The notes beneath the pieces were generated by a model, which saw only the letters and a list, made by a program, of their open reading frames with translations, was not told where the DNA came from and ran no database searches. This document shows positions 14,461 through 29,732 of a stretch of DNA of 64,000 nucleotides, one piece after another. The DNA comes from Eledone cirrhosa (lineage: Eukaryota): positions 25,668,001-25,732,000 of the forward strand of contig OZ024751.1 of NCBI GenBank assembly GCA_964016885.1. The letters are read 5' to 3'. Numbering within the stretch: position 1 is the first letter of the stretch; each line of letters begins with the position of its first letter. Both the position numbers and the translations under genes were made by a program.

Positions 14461-15260
14461 ATTGGTCCGGCAAACGGAAGTGTGAGTTCGTCAATACTCA
14501 TCCTTTTTTCCATTTAGAGGGATTTTTAAAACATCCCAATTAACAGACTAATTCTATGTAGTCAAATACGGCATAAGCACATGTTACTACCTAATTTTCA
14601 AATTCGTTAGCCTTTTGTAAATAAAGCTTGCTTTGTGTCTCCCTATTTATATAAACATATATCTATGTATGTATATACTAGTTCTGGATTGGTATTGTTT
14701 TTTAATGTCTACGAAAGGATGAAAAGCGAAGTTGATCTCGTTGGGATTCGAACGGAAATGCTAAAACAAACACAGCAACCAAGCTTTCTATCCGACGTTC
14801 TAAAGACTTTGCCAACTCTGTACCTTACAAATAAATGTTATACAGGATAAAACTCTTTGATTAACGTTTACAATGATGGAAGATTCGTGTGAAGTGCAAC
14901 ATAAACAGCATAGATTATTGAACAAAGATGGCGACCAAATACCAGAAGAGCCATGAATATTGTTACGTGGTAACAAGCTTACATGAACACCCTATAAAAC
15001 TTTGCTGATTTTCCAAACAAAATTAAATATGGCATTAATGAACTAATAAATTTTAGAAGTTATCACCCGCTACTCTTTCTTTCATTCTTCTTCTCCTCCT
15101 CCTCCTCCTTTTGCTACGTCGTCTTCCTCGTTTGATTTCTGCTTTCTTCTCTTTCTCCCTTCTTCTTCTTCTTCTTCTTCTTCTTCTTCTTCTTCTTCTT
15201 CTTCTTCTTCTTCTTCTCTCATTCACACCTACTTGTTATTTCTTCAATTATTTCGTCTAA

Positions 15261-15324
<64 letters not shown>

Positions 15325-15354
15325 TTTTTCATCTTCTTCTTCATCACCTTTTTC

Positions 15355-15565
15355 TTGGGAGTAACGGTAGAGGGTCGGACGCCATGCTTTGCAACATAGA
15401 GTTACGGCCTTTCACGGTCTGAGTTCAAATTTCGCCGAAGTTAACTTTGCCATTCATTCTTACGGGATTGATAAAATAAACCACCAGTCATGTACTGGGG
15501 TCGATTTAATCGACTCCCCCCCCCCAAATAACTGGCCTTGTGCCTATATAAGAAACCATTATTAT
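15355..15565 (+). mobile_element. SINE family 1 copy (long form)
   Basis: Consensus including gtcgatttaatcgact-poly(C) segment and tail. Confidence 0.85.
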
Positions 15566-16781
15566 CAATCATCATCATCGTCATCATCCCTCTTTCTGGT
15601 TCTTTATTTTGAGTTATTTTTTCCTCATCATACTTTCCCTTCTCATCAACTTCTCTAAAGTGTTATTTTCCCCCTCTATACCTCCTTCGTTATTTCTTCT
15701 CTTTCATCTTTGTTTTCTTCCCTTACTTCTTCTACACATTTATCTTCAGCATCATCATCATCATCATCAACTTCTTGTACTTTCTCATCTTATCTTTCCT
15801 TTATCTTCTTTTACTTAACTCCTCTTTACTCTTAGTTTTCTGAACCACCTCTGCGTCTTTCTCCCCAATACGTCTTTCACATCAATATTTCTTTCTTTCT
15901 ATCTTTTTCCTTCCTCTTTTTCTTTCGTTCGTGCACTCGTTCTCTTGCAAAGTCTTTCCTTCCCTGCTTTTCTCATTCTTTCGGGGTTTTTTCCTTCACT
16001 CTTCGTACGTTTTTCACTCGTTGCTGCTGTTGTTGTTGTTGTTGTTCTTCTTCTTCTTCTTCTTCTTCTTCTTCTTTCATTATTTCTGGCATTCATTTCT
16101 TCTAAGTTAATTGCTTCTGTTTTCTTTTTTTATCTTTCTTTCACTCTTTTATTTCATTCCTTTCTTTCTGGTGTCTATTCTTCATTCTTTCGGGTCCTTT
16201 CCGTCAAACAATAACTATTGATTTCTTCAATTCTTCATTTTCTTCTTTGGCCTTTTAATTTATCACACAGATACACACACATACAGAGGGAGGGAGAGAG
16301 AGGAGGCGAGATAAAGAGAGAGAGAGGGAAGGTAGAGGAGAAAGTGAGGGGAGAAAGAGAGATAGAGAAACAGATAGAGACAGAGAGAGGGGAGAGAAAA
16401 GGCTAGAGAGATAGAGAGGAGCACGTGGTGTATAGTTAATTTTCTATCATTCTCCAAACAAAAGATACCATCCTATCGCGCCATCATCAACAGAACTAGT
16501 CCTTTTAGTTACTTTCAAGCATATCTGAAGATCTTTCCAGAAAACTAATAAGTCAGTTTATGTTCTGTTGACAAATGTTCGTATTTTCTTCATTAGTTAA
16601 TTGATATATTTGATTACTTTTTAATGTTTTATTATTTATTTTAGTTTTCTATATTATTATATTTAAGGGAACCTTTCTATTAGATTAGGCAGCTGTATTT
16701 TGAAAAGAAGCTTACATTAATTTCGGCACACAGCATCGCAGCCTTCTTTTACTCTTCCTACCGCAATCAACAGAAGTAAGA

Positions 16782-17216
16782 AATAAGGGTTTCTGATTTA
16801 GGCACAAGGCCAGCAATTTTGAGGGTGGGGAGTTGTTTAAATCAACCCCGTAAGGATGAAAAGCAAAGCTAACCTCGGCAGGATTTGAACTCAGAACGTC
16901 AAAGGCCGTAACTCTATGCGGTGATGCATGGTGCCCGACGTTCTACCGATACTGCTAATCCACCGCCGTACGAAATAATAATAGTGTTTTATACTTTAAG
17001 CAAAAGGCCAGTAATTTGGAGCAGAGTAATGCCGATTAGATCGGTTCCCAGTATATAGCTGGTACATTATTTCAGTTCCTAGTATATACCTGGTACATTA
17101 TTTCACCGATCTCGGAAAGATGAAGGCCAAATATTGGCGAGATTTGAACACAAATTGTAAAGAGACGGAACAAATATTTCATCCGATGCTCTAACAATTC
17201 TACCAATACATCGCAG

Positions 17217-17248
<32 letters not shown>

Positions 17249-17646
17249 GTGAGGATGATGATAGTGATGATGGTGATGGTGATGGTGATGATGATGATGA
17301 GGATGATGATGATGGCGATGGTGGTGATGGTGGTGATGGTGATTGTTACAACTAACACGACCAGCTAGAAGGAGTGTTTGATAAATCTTCCCCCGCGACC
17401 CTTTCAGGAATAATTGGGAAAAGAAAATGTTCAAAAAACTTTAAACTTGCAATTTATTAATTAAAATAATTGTTTCTACTTTAGACACAAGGCCAGCAAA
17501 TACCCAGTACATTACTGGTACTTTATTTTATCGATCCCGTAAGGATGAAAGGCAAAGTTAACCTCGGCGGGATTTGAACTCAGACTGTAAAGGGACGTAA
17601 CTATGCTAGAAAGCATGGCGTCCAACCCTCTACCGATACTGCCAAT
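16782..17646 (-). mobile_element. Cluster of three SINE family 1 copies (16782-16967, about 16985-17210 decayed, 17465-17646)
   Basis: Reverse complement of consensus (ggcacaaggccagc...ggatgaaa...ggatttgaactcag). Confidence 0.8.
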
Positions 17647-18517
17647 AAAATAATGAAAAAGTAAAATAACCAGGGAAAGACTGTATCACTGCTCACTCTG
17701 TATAACACAAAATGAAACCTGATAAACGAAGATATATGCAAAACATTTGTTTCAAAATCACACAATAAAAAGTCAAATCGGTAGGAGTGCATCCCGTCTC
17801 AGGAATGAGTATCATGAGGTGGATTGACTGAAGTAGTAGATGTCTTTAGCTGGTCTCCATGCCATTGATTTCACCATCTTGGCATATGCGGCACTGCTAA
17901 AATATACCTCCTATCCACAGATCTAGAATTAACTCCAGTCTCCACCTTCTACATTTTTTTTTTCATTTTCCATTCATTTTTTTTTTATTCTTGTTTATTA
18001 TTGGAAATGTTTATGTAAATTAAGTTTCCTGGCATACAATAGAGTTCGTCCGTTCATCTTAAATCTTAAAGTAAAATGTTTAAAAAATCCAGTTTCGAAA
18101 ATATCAGACATTTTTGTTGCCATAAAATTTGGCATCCATTTAAAGGAATAAGACTAACAAATACGAAGTGGACATTTGAGAGTGTGCATTCGCAATACAA
18201 TTACGTGTTTAAGTAGAAATATTTTACTCATTCCCTTCACACATGTAAAGACGTTTGCATGCATATATAAATTCCAGGCTTACATTTTTCTATGTACACT
18301 TTCTTAAGCCTAAAGCAAACACGCATATCAACATAGTACTGAAAATGAGAGAATCGGATATTGCTATAATTATTGTTGTTGTTGTTGTTGTGGTTGTTGT
18401 TGTTGTTGTTGTTGTTGTTTTTCTTTTTCTTCTTCTTCTTCTTCTTCTTCTTCTTCTTCTTCTTCTCATTATTATTATTATAATTAGAAATAGTAGTAGT
18501 AGTGGTGTTGGTAGTAT

Positions 18518-18576
<59 letters not shown>

Positions 18577-18742
18577 TTGTTATTGTTGTTGCTACTATCA
18601 AAACATTTAAAACTTTGCATTAAGTAAATGATAAATTTAAAGTGAAACAAAATATGCTGTGGACACATATTTATTTCTCGCGGCACACACACACACACAC
18701 ACCACACCACACCACACCACACACACACCACACCACACCACA

Positions 18743-18782
<40 letters not shown>

Positions 18783-18830
18783 ACTCATACTCCTCATCTC
18801 CTTAAAATGTTTTGTCAATATATATCTGTA

Positions 18831-18909
<79 letters not shown>

Positions 18910-18993
18910 AGAGAGAGAGAGAGAGAGAGAGAGAGCGTGTTCAGTGTGCGTGGGTGTGTGTGTGCGTGTTTGCATGCATATACATATATGTAA

Positions 18994-19075
<82 letters not shown>

Positions 19076-19177
19076 TTATGCACCTACATTCATATATACA
19101 TGCAGGCATACCTAGATAAACATAAACGCATGCATAAACCCTATGTATATATATATGAAAACATACATACATCATAG

Positions 19178-19241
<64 letters not shown>

Positions 19242-19763
19242 CCTCCTACACACTGTAGTAGGTAAGTAATGCTTTCATATTTCAATTTAAACATACATTA
19301 TACCAACTTTCACTTCGACATCCAATTTTATTTACTTCATCTTTCTGGTTTGTTTTTCTTTGTGTTTTCGTTTTGCATTTATTTAACGACAGAAAAACAA
19401 AAATCAAGAACTCAATAAAAAAAGGTTATCGAAAAAGACAAAAAAAACTCACAAAAATCATCAGCAAAACCAGAAAGTCAAAACGAAGCAAAGGAAACGT
19501 CTTGGAAAACAACAGCAACAGCAGCAATGGGATATAAAATGACTACACGAAGGGAGTGATATTTACTAAAATCTAAAGAATTTCTTCTGGCTGTCTTTAA
19601 GGTATTTTTGCATCAGTAAAAATCTATATATTACGATTATTATTAAGATTGATGTTGAAATCCAAGCTTACAGACTTAACTTTAATACTTTACTTAAATC
19701 TATCAAAAAGGTCATAGCAAACTTATGTTAGAAATTGTTTGTTTTACTTGTGTTTATCACCAA

Positions 19764-19910
19764 AAGTCGCATGGTAAAGTAGTTTGGAAATTGGATTCGT
19801 AATCATGAAGTTGCGAGTTCAATTCCTGGATCGGGCAATACGTTATGTCCTTGAGCATAACACTTTATTTGACATTGCTCCTTCTGCCAGGAGTTGCAAC
19901 CGGTATGTAG
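19764..19910 (+). mobile_element. SINE family 2 5' part (tRNA-like head)
   Basis: gcatggtaaagtagtt...gcgagttcaattcc...tccttgagcataacactttattt; similar to 28837 and 59427. Confidence 0.65.
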
Positions 19911-20046
19911 AATTATCAATGAAGCGAGTTCTACTCCACTGAGTAAGCAAATGAAGGGATCTTGTCCATCCATTCGATCGATCCTTAAAAGATGAACAAG
20001 TATTTGATTCTATATCTTTATAACATTGAGGTTTTTTCTCTATGTA

Positions 20047-20280
20047 TATTGGATTGGGAAAAAAGTCCGTTCGTTTTTCCTAGTGAAAATCAGACACTTT
20101 AAACCCATAGCAATTTATTCAATCAATGATATATTTGCCATTTCGTTAAAGTATCTTCTGCATCTTCCAGGTAGATCCATTATTCTTTGTTCAAAGAAAT
20201 TCCTATATTTACTGGCGAAGAACCCTTCCAAATGAATTTTCACATAAATAATTGAAAGTATGTCTGTTCAAAGATGCTTT
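20047..20280 (-). mobile_element. Mariner transposon end (TIR plus transposase C-terminus relic)
   Basis: TA-TTGGATTGGGAAAAAAGTCCGTTCG TIR-like end; minus translation GFFASKYRNFFEQRIMDLPGRCR resembles the mariner C-terminal FFxSKxxxFxxxGIxxLPxRW motif. Confidence 0.65.
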
Positions 20281-20282
20281 CT

Positions 20283-20472
20283 CTAATCTGATTAGAGCAA
20301 ACATCACGGGCGCTCTATCTCAAAATTATTTTTGAAAAGTATTAGAAATGCGCAACCGGTAAAACCTTAAAACTAAAACTGAATACTAACCAATACTTAT
20401 TACTAATTTTTACTTATTCCTAATTAAACTATATTTCACTGGGAACAATTTGTCAAAATTTTCTTTTCCTTT

Positions 20473-20475
<3 letters not shown>
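20283..20475 (+). repeat. Unclassified dispersed repeat ending at (TA)n; second copy at 49843-50035
   Basis: agagcaaacatcacgg(g/a)cgctctatctcaaaattatttttgaaaag...gaacaatttgtca is shared. Confidence 0.85.
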
Positions 20476-20526
<51 letters not shown>

Positions 20527-20748
20527 TACATAGTACGTATTCCAGAATAATAATCAAAAGAAATGTGGTGTGACGGGGAGGCAATTATGTATGAAAATCC
20601 TTAAATTAATTATGTTTCTCATTACGCTAAGCTGGTCAATACACACCTCAGAACTCTTCCATCTTATCAAGTATTCTCATCTATATATGCCGTCTCTAAC
20701 AGATCTTTTCACCTCACATAAATCATATCTTTCTATATATTAAACCTC

Positions 20749-21481
<733 letters not shown>

Positions 21482-21656
21482 AATAGCCCTTTTGAATATC
21501 CCTTTTGCTTATATATATAAGTGTGTGTGTGTGAGTGTGTGTGCGCGTGTGTGCGCGTGTGTGTGTGTGCGTGTGTATTACATGTATATATATATATATA
21601 TATACATATGTATGTATGAAAGTATGTACGCTCATATTATAATCATCATTATCATC

Positions 21657-21768
21657 AATCCCGCCGAGGTTAACTTTGCTTTTCATCCTTACGGGGTCGA
21701 TAAAATAAAGTACCAGTAATGCACTGGGACAATTGCTGGCCTTGTGCCAAAGTGGAAACAATTATTAT
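21657..21768 (+). mobile_element. 5'-truncated SINE family 1 copy
   Basis: aatcccgccgaggttaactttgc...gaaacaattatt. Confidence 0.85.
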
Positions 21769-22009
21769 CATATACCCCACCCCAAGCACAACTACCAATA
21801 ACGCCATCGTTTATATTAACTCCATCACCACCACCATCACCATCACCATCACCAGCATCAAAACTATCATCACCATCACTAGCATCACCACACGATCAAC
21901 ACCTCTAACGCTACCAACACCTCTTCCGCCATTATTACCACCACCATTGCCATCATCATCACCACCTTCATAATACTTACACAGTTTTTCTCCCATCATC
22001 ATCATCATC

Positions 22010-22041
<32 letters not shown>

Positions 22042-22196
22042 TTATCATCATCATTTATCATCATCCCTTCTGGACCATGGTCATCATCTTCGGGGTCAAA
22101 CATTCAGTATGTCTTTACAGACGCTGCCAGTGATTCTGTCTAAATACGATACCAATAGCTTTGCTTGGCCACTTCTTCTCGTCCGGTCGTGTATGG

Positions 22197-22283
22197 CATA
22201 CACTAGATACACTGCATGCACTGCATACACTGCATGCACTGCATACACTGCATACACTGCATACACTGCATACACTGTATGCA
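22197..22283. repeat. 9-bp tandem repeat (TACACTGCA)n
   Basis: About 8-9 copies. Confidence 0.9.
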
Positions 22284-22430
22284 GTGATTTGACCAGTCGT
22301 ATAGACAGTCGATGGCTCTCTATAAAGTTGTATAATTGTTTCATATATTTATCCCTAGTATATATATATGACTTACCATTCCTGTACTATGGATTAAAGC
22401 ACACAACGCTATTGCCGTCATTATTGACAC

Positions 22431-22597
22431 AGAGGGTCGGACGCCATGCTTTCCAGCATAGTTACGTCCCTTTACGATCTTAGTTCAAATCCCGCCGGGG
22501 TTGACTTTGCCTTTCATCCTTACGAGGTCGATAAAATAAAGTACCAGTAATGTACTGGGTTATTGCTGGCCTTGTGCCTAAAGTAGAAACAATTATT
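22431..22597 (+). mobile_element. SINE family 1 copy (short form)
   Basis: Near-identical to consensus. Confidence 0.9.
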
Positions 22598-22760
22598 GAC
22601 ACATTGGTCTACTAGTCAACACACATTCACATTAGTTTTGGGGTCAAATACTTCGAATACAAATAAAAATACAAATAAATAAATAAGTAAATAAGTGTTG
22701 ATATTCTCTCTCTTTCATTCCCTGCCCCCCTCCGTCTCTCTCGCTCTCCCCATCATCTAA

Positions 22761-22949
22761 TATAATTGTTTCTACTTTAGGCACAAGGCCAGCAATTACC
22801 CAGTGCATTACTGGTACTTTTATTTTATCGACCCCGTAAGGATGAAAGGCAAAGTCAACCTCGGCGGGATTTGAACTCAGATTGTAAAGGGACGTAACTA
22901 TGCTGGAAAGCATGGCGTCCGACCCTCTACCGATACTGCCAATCCACCC
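22761..22949 (-). mobile_element. SINE family 1 full copy with 13-bp target-site duplication
   Basis: CATCTAATATAAT at 22754-22766 and 22949-22961. Confidence 0.9.
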
Positions 22950-23553
22950 ATCTAATATAATAGCTGTTTGTATTTTTCCGTAACACACTAGAGATGACTG
23001 AGGAAAGAAGGGCTGTGTTTGTGTGTTTATATCACTTGTAAGGGTGAGTGCGAAGGAACCAACCAGCCAACCAACAAACATGTCATTTTTATATTATGTA
23101 TAGATATAACAATTAGCCGCCATTTCTCACCGCACGAAGCCAGCTAGTCTTTCTATAAACATTATCCCATAAACATTACTTGTTTAACTCCGCTTGTCCA
23201 GCCATATGTCCAGTAATATGTCCAGGTATTCCTGTGGGATACTTTCATGCCATTGGTTCTTCCCACTCACCATTACAATCTATAATGGCATGATGTCTGC
23301 ATTAGCTGCACCATGCCATACTCTTTTCTATGTTTTCCCTCTTCTGTGAAAGATATCTGTGTGTGGTAACGAAGCACGAGAGAAATAGCCTTTGTATAGT
23401 TTCTAAAGCCTGGAATTTCCTGCCTCACTAACTAATATTATTTCTTTGTTACCGTCTACTATGTTTCAACACAAGCAAAGCACCATCCCCTCACACCCAT
23501 ATGCAAGCATATACACACCACACACATACGTATACACACAGCAAGCACAGACA

Positions 23554-23611
<58 letters not shown>

Positions 23612-23674
23612 CATATACTAATATAGCCATATATATATGTTCATATATATATTGACTTTATACACATATATATG

Positions 23675-23812
<138 letters not shown>

Positions 23813-24324
23813 TGTGTGTGTGTGTGCTTGTATATGTGAATAATTTACAATATATTTCATAAGTATGTATATTGTCACGCCGTGAAAATATAATCACTGA
23901 TTAGATCGAAGATTCGGTCGACACGTACATGTACTGAAAACATAGCTACTTCGTTAATTAATTAATATTTAGCAATAATAATAATAATAATATCAAAAAT
24001 AATAATATTACTGATAATAATGCTCCCTTTGTTTGACACAGTACAATGAAGACTATAGAGGGTGGTACATTGAAAGTTTTTTGTGTGAGAGAAATGTTTA
24101 TGAAAATGAATAATAAAAATATCTTTATTAGCCACACAGGGCTCACATTAAGGAAACATTAAAGACGGTACAGGACGATACAGTGTGTGGTTTTCTTTGT
24201 GTAAAATGAAATTAATAAAATACACTAAGAAAAGAAACATTTAAAACAAACATAACAACTTCTCGAAAGGTGAGGAGGCTCTACGGGTCACTCGGCTAGA
24301 AATCCCACACACAAAGAATAATAG

Positions 24325-24686
24325 TAATGGTTTCTACTTTTGGCACAAGGCCAGCAATTATTCCAGTGTATTACTGGTACTTTATTTTATCGACCCCATA
24401 AGGAGGAAAGGCAAAGTAAACCTCGGCGGGATTTGAACTTAGAACGTAAAACATCGTAACTAAATGCCGTAAAGTATTTTTACCGACACTCTAACGATTC
24501 TGCCACCCCACCTCCTTCAGACCAGTGGAAATAATTGTTTCTACTTTTGGCACAAGGCCAGCAATTATCTCAGTGCATTACTGGTACTTTATTTTATCGA
24601 CCCCGTAAGGATGAAAGGCAAAGTTGAGCTTGTCGGGATTTGAACTCAGAATAGCAAGGGCCGTAGCTCTATACGTCAAAGCATGG
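24325..24686 (-). mobile_element. Two tandem SINE family 1 copies (24325-24515, 24530-24686)
   Basis: Reverse complement of consensus. Confidence 0.85.
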
Positions 24687-24744
24687 GTTTCATTTATTGG
24701 CCACAAGGGCCGACATATAGGGGGCTTTACAATAGACGGGGGTT

Positions 24745-25277
24745 TGATGGAGGTGTTGGTGGTGTTGGTGGTGGTTGGTTGTGATGGTGGTGATGGTGGT
24801 GTTGGTGGTGATGGTGGTGGTGTTGGTTGGTTGTGATGGAGGTGTTGGTGGTGTTGGTGGTGGTTGGTTGTGATGGTGGTGATGGTGGTGTTGGTGGTGA
24901 TGGTGGTGGTGTTGGTTGGTTGTGATGGTGGTGGTGTTGGTTGGTTGTGATGGTGGTGATGGTGGTGTTGGTGGTGATGGTGGTGTTGGTGGTGATGGTG
25001 GTGGTGTTGGTTGGTTGTGATCGTGGTGGTGGTGGTGTTGGTGGTGGTTGGTTGTGATGGAGGTGTTGGTGGTGATGGTGGTGTTGGTGGTGATGGTGGT
25101 GGTGTTGGTTGGTTGTAATGGTGGTGGTGTTGGTTGGTTGTGATGGTGGTGGTGGTGGTGTTGGTGGTGGTTGGTTGTGATGGTGGTGATGGTGGTATTG
25201 GTGGTGATGGTGGTGGTGTTGGTTGGTTGTGATGGAGGTGTTGGTGGTGTTGATGGTGGTTGGTTGTGATGGTGGTT
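24745..25277. repeat. GGT-rich degenerate minisatellite (ggttggttgtgatggtggt)
   Basis: Directly visible. Confidence 0.9.
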
Positions 25278-25338
25278 TTGATTGTTGTTATGTTACTATC
25301 AGGGCCTTGCTTTTTTCGTCCATGTTAGAACTTGATCA

Positions 25339-25420
<82 letters not shown>

Positions 25421-26039
25421 TTGCCTCTATCCCTCTATCTCGCAACCTCCCTCCCCCTATGTTTCGCACTGCATCTCTCTCTTTCTCTCTGCTTTTCTGT
25501 CTCTTTCTCATTTTTTCTCTGCTTCTCTCTCTCATTCTCTCTCCTTCTCCCTCTCAATAACTCTCTTTGCCCCTTTATCTCTATATGTCCCTTTCTCCTT
25601 CTCTCTCTTTGTCTCTCTTTCCGGTTCTCCCTTTTTTACTCTCTTCCCTCTCTCTCTCTCCCTCTCTCTCCCCCTCTCTCTCCCCCTCTCTCTCTATCCC
25701 TCTCTCTTTTCCCCTATTTCCACCCCCTCTCTCTCTGCCTTTCTCTCACTCCTCTTTTTCTACCACTTTTCTGTTACCTTTTTCTGAATAAAAACCTTAA
25801 AAGTAACGAAATATAGACAAACAAATAGTAAATTAAACAACACAACTACACAGAAACTCCATTAGATTCAACTTGGAACAGAAAAGAGAACAGCGGGCGA
25901 CAAGAAAAGAAACCTGAAAATCATGAGTCTTGAGATTAATTTCTGGTAACAACTCACTGAGTACAGTCACCTATGATGCACCCTCACCAAATCCTCACAC
26001 GCAATGTATATCCAGACCACAGACCCGAACGCGTATTCC

Positions 26040-26220
26040 ACAAACCTCTACTTGGAAACTGGCACTTGAAAGGAAAAGACAGAACACAGAGGCCTCATGT
26101 GGATCATTATTTCAATGTCAGAATCAGACTCATAAGCCATCTACGGGCACACATAAAACACAAATGATCAAATACCCTAAGTCATGGTCTCCCCGAGGTT
26201 GACTAGTGATAAGATCAATG
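26040..26220 (+). pseudogene. Possible decayed RTE LINE 3' end
   Basis: ...FNVRIRLISHLRAH resembles the RIGLxSHLRxH terminal motif of RTE ORFs. Confidence 0.4.
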
Positions 26221-26564
26221 GGGTAATGTTCGATGGACTGGCTAAAAACAAACAGCTAAACAGTTGTCACGAAAAGCTAAAAACATGGCTTCTGCAAAAA
26301 TATCGAAACGAAAATGGAACGCTTCTTACCTGAGCAGTGAAAACACTCCTCTGGCATTCAGCAATCAACACCCTTTTAGTCAGTGTCGCCTTGGGTGTGC
26401 AGTGAAAACATATCCCTGGCCTTCAGCAAACAGAAGATTGTTAATCGGTTTCACATTAACTGAACAGGGAAAATACACTGCTGACCTCTAAGGGTCAGCA
26501 GTCTACAATCTGTTAGTCAGTATCACCTTAGTTACGCAACAAAAACACACCTATGAACCATAGT

Positions 26565-26988
26565 AGTGTGCTTGTCAGTATTACCATAGTTGAGCAGTGA
26601 AAACATACATCTATGCCACAGCAGTCTACAGTGTGCTTGTCAGTATTACCATAGTTGAGCAGTGAAAACATACATCTATGCCACAGCAGTCTACAGTGTG
26701 CTTGTCAGTATTACCATAGTTGAGCAGTGAAAACATACATCTATGCCACAGCAGTCTACAGTGTGCTTGTCAGTATTACCATAGTTGAGCAGTGAAAACA
26801 TACATCTATGCCACAGCAGTCTACAGTGTGCTTGTCAGTATTACCATAGTTGAGCAGTGAAAACATACATCTATGCCACAGCAGTCTACAGTGTGTTTGT
26901 CAGTATTACCATAGTTGAGCAGTGAAAACATACATCTATGCCACAGCAGTCTACAGTGTGTTTGTCAGTATCAACTTAGTTGAGCAGG
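26565..26988. repeat. 65-bp minisatellite, about 6.5 near-perfect copies with decayed flanking units
   Basis: cagtat starts at 26576, 26641, 26706, 26771, 26836, 26901 and 26966. Confidence 0.95.
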
Positions 26989-27629
26989 GAATATTCGCCC
27001 CTACTCCTCAGCAGTTATCTGTCGGTTGTTAGTGAATGTCACCCGGATACTTGGTTTTAAGACCCAGTTTGCTTTTGTGTACTTTACCGATTAACGATGG
27101 ACGGACAACAGAATAATACGGTACAATTAGGTTGTGTCGAGAGAAATCTTAGCGCCAATATTCTGTAAATGCTTCTAAAGACACATTAATGCCAAAATAC
27201 AGAACAGGAAGCAAATATAGTTGTTTTGAATAAAGGAAGCTAGCTGAAAGATGTTCAAAATATATTGACTATCAATTTAACACATCAATATCTATATGAA
27301 TACGTTCCATCCCTTCAACGAAATAATAATAAGTAAACAGGTTATGATAGAGTGATCTTCAATAAAAGGGCAGGTATTGTAAATACGTAAAACCTGCTAA
27401 TTGTTTACCAAAAATAACTGCTATATTCAATATTGGTGGTATTAGCTAGGAAGCTTATTATTAATTATATATTGACCTTGCTAGGATGTGAAGAATATTA
27501 AAGTTTCCCATTCAATTGAATTCGTTAATGTTTAAGACTTGTCAATATATACAACCATAAAGCGTCACTCATGAATATGAAATGAAATATTTGGTGTAAT
27601 GAAATATAAGTGTGTGTGTGTTGGGGGAA

Positions 27630-27736
<107 letters not shown>

Positions 27737-27839
27737 ATTAGTACGCCAGAGGCAATCTTATATAGCAAGGTACGAAACGATATTGAATATTTTCTTAAAA
27801 CATTATATTTTAGTCAATAAACAGATAAACAGGAACACC

Positions 27840-27905
<66 letters not shown>

Positions 27906-27983
27906 ATATGCAGGCATACATTCATAAATATTTATATGAATGCACATATAACGAACGCTTACGTGGACACTATTTCTCTAACG

Positions 27984-28032
<49 letters not shown>

Positions 28033-28053
28033 CATACTCATGCCATGCGCGCG

Positions 28054-28113
<60 letters not shown>

Positions 28114-28384
28114 TATGTAATCAGGTAATATGCAAATTGCAGTTTACATACATCATATAAGACATTCAGTACACCTGGTAGAGAGTACAGTGCCCCTGTT
28201 CACGAAGGGTGACTACCTTCTCCCCACTGTTATTGTCCGACATATACCAGATGCTGAGAATAGATTCTATCACTTTTGTCATTTTCGCAACTTTTACCCA
28301 GATTTTGGTAAATTCATAGCAGGAGAGATCCTCATCCTCAACCCTCATCTTCCCTCCATATGAGCTTCTCTGAAATAGTAATAA

Positions 28385-29302
28385 GTGTTTCTAATTTAGA
28401 CAGAAGGCCAGATATTTTGATGTGAAAATCGATTTGATTCAAGAAGTTGTATGTTACGTTGTTTCATCGATCCCGAAAGGATGAAAGGTAATGTTGATCT
28501 AGGTAGAATTTGAACTCTGAAAGGCAAAGGGCAGGAATGAATACCACAGGACATTTTGTCCGACACTCTACCAATTCTGCCAACAACTATTCCTTTTATA
28601 ATTTAATAATTGTTTCTATTTTAGGCACAATGCCAGCAATTACCCAGTGCATTACTGGTACTTTATTTTATCGACCTCGTAAGGATGAAAGGCAAAGTCA
28701 ACCTCGGCGAGATTTGAACTCAGATCATAAAGGGACGTAACTTTTATAATTTAATAATGGTTTCCGATTTAGGCCCAAGGCCAACAATTTTGGGGGAAGG
28801 GAGAAAGTCAATTAAATCGACTCCATTGCACTATTGGTGTGATGACGCGTGGCTTAATGGTGAGGGTATTCGGCTCACGATCGTAACGTCATGCTGTGTC
28901 TTTGAGCAAGACACTTTATTTCACATTGCTCCAGTCCAATAAGTTGGCAAACATAAGTTTTATCTGTAATTCGAAATTCCTGCCTTGTCACATTCTGTCA
29001 CGCTGAATCTCCCTGAAAACTTCGTTAACGGTACATGTCTCTGTAGAATGCTGAGCCACGTACACGATAAATTTCACGAGCATGCTGTTCAATTAATCGT
29101 ATCAACTGGAACACTCATTGTCGTAACCAAAGGAGTAACATCATCGCAAAAAGTGCATTACTGGTACTTTATTTTAACGACCCCGTAAGAATAAAAGGCA
29201 ACACGACGCTCGGATGGATTTGAACTCAGAAGGAAGAAGGAGGTAACTATATCCCGTAGAGCATATTTCCCGATGCTCTACCGATTTTGACAATCCACCG
29301 CC
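28385..29302. mobile_element. Nested SINE cluster: family 1 (-) at 28385-28582, 28611-28740 (18-bp TSD) and 28755-29302, the last interrupted by a + family 2 copy at about 28837-29143
   Basis: TSD cttttataatttaataat at 28593-28610 and 28741-28758; family 1 sequence resumes at gtgcattactggtac near 29153. Confidence 0.8.
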
Positions 29303-29626
29303 CACGTTTCAAATTTAATAATAAACTATGTGTATATACTAGTAATTCTGCTTGAAGCAGGTGAAATGTAAATAACGTTGAAGTATTGGATTACATGGCA
29401 AATTGTGTTGGATTTTAAGTTTTCAAGAAGTAGGAAGTCTTCAATGGCAAGGAAGTCTTACATGGGCAAATTGTGTTGGGTTTTAATTTTACAAGAAGTA
29501 GGAAGTCTTCAATAAGTAATAGGATTGTATATTGTGAGAACTCGTACAACATTGGTCAAGATATCAAGTGGTGTTTAGTAACATATCAATATATATTTAT
29601 ATATATATATAGTGTTATATATAACG

Positions 29627-29719
<93 letters not shown>

Positions 29720-29732
29720 ATATAGAAAAGTC

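Noticed and set aside
26565-26988. CRISPR-like array (also considered for 44620-47276 and 51288-51866)
   Set aside because: Units are contiguous with no unique spacers, there are no cas genes, and the context is eukaryotic.
28150-28360. Possible L1/Tx1 3' coding relic (minus); similar weak RTE-like end at 54789-54900
   Set aside because: The resemblance is from memory only and too weak to assert without a search.
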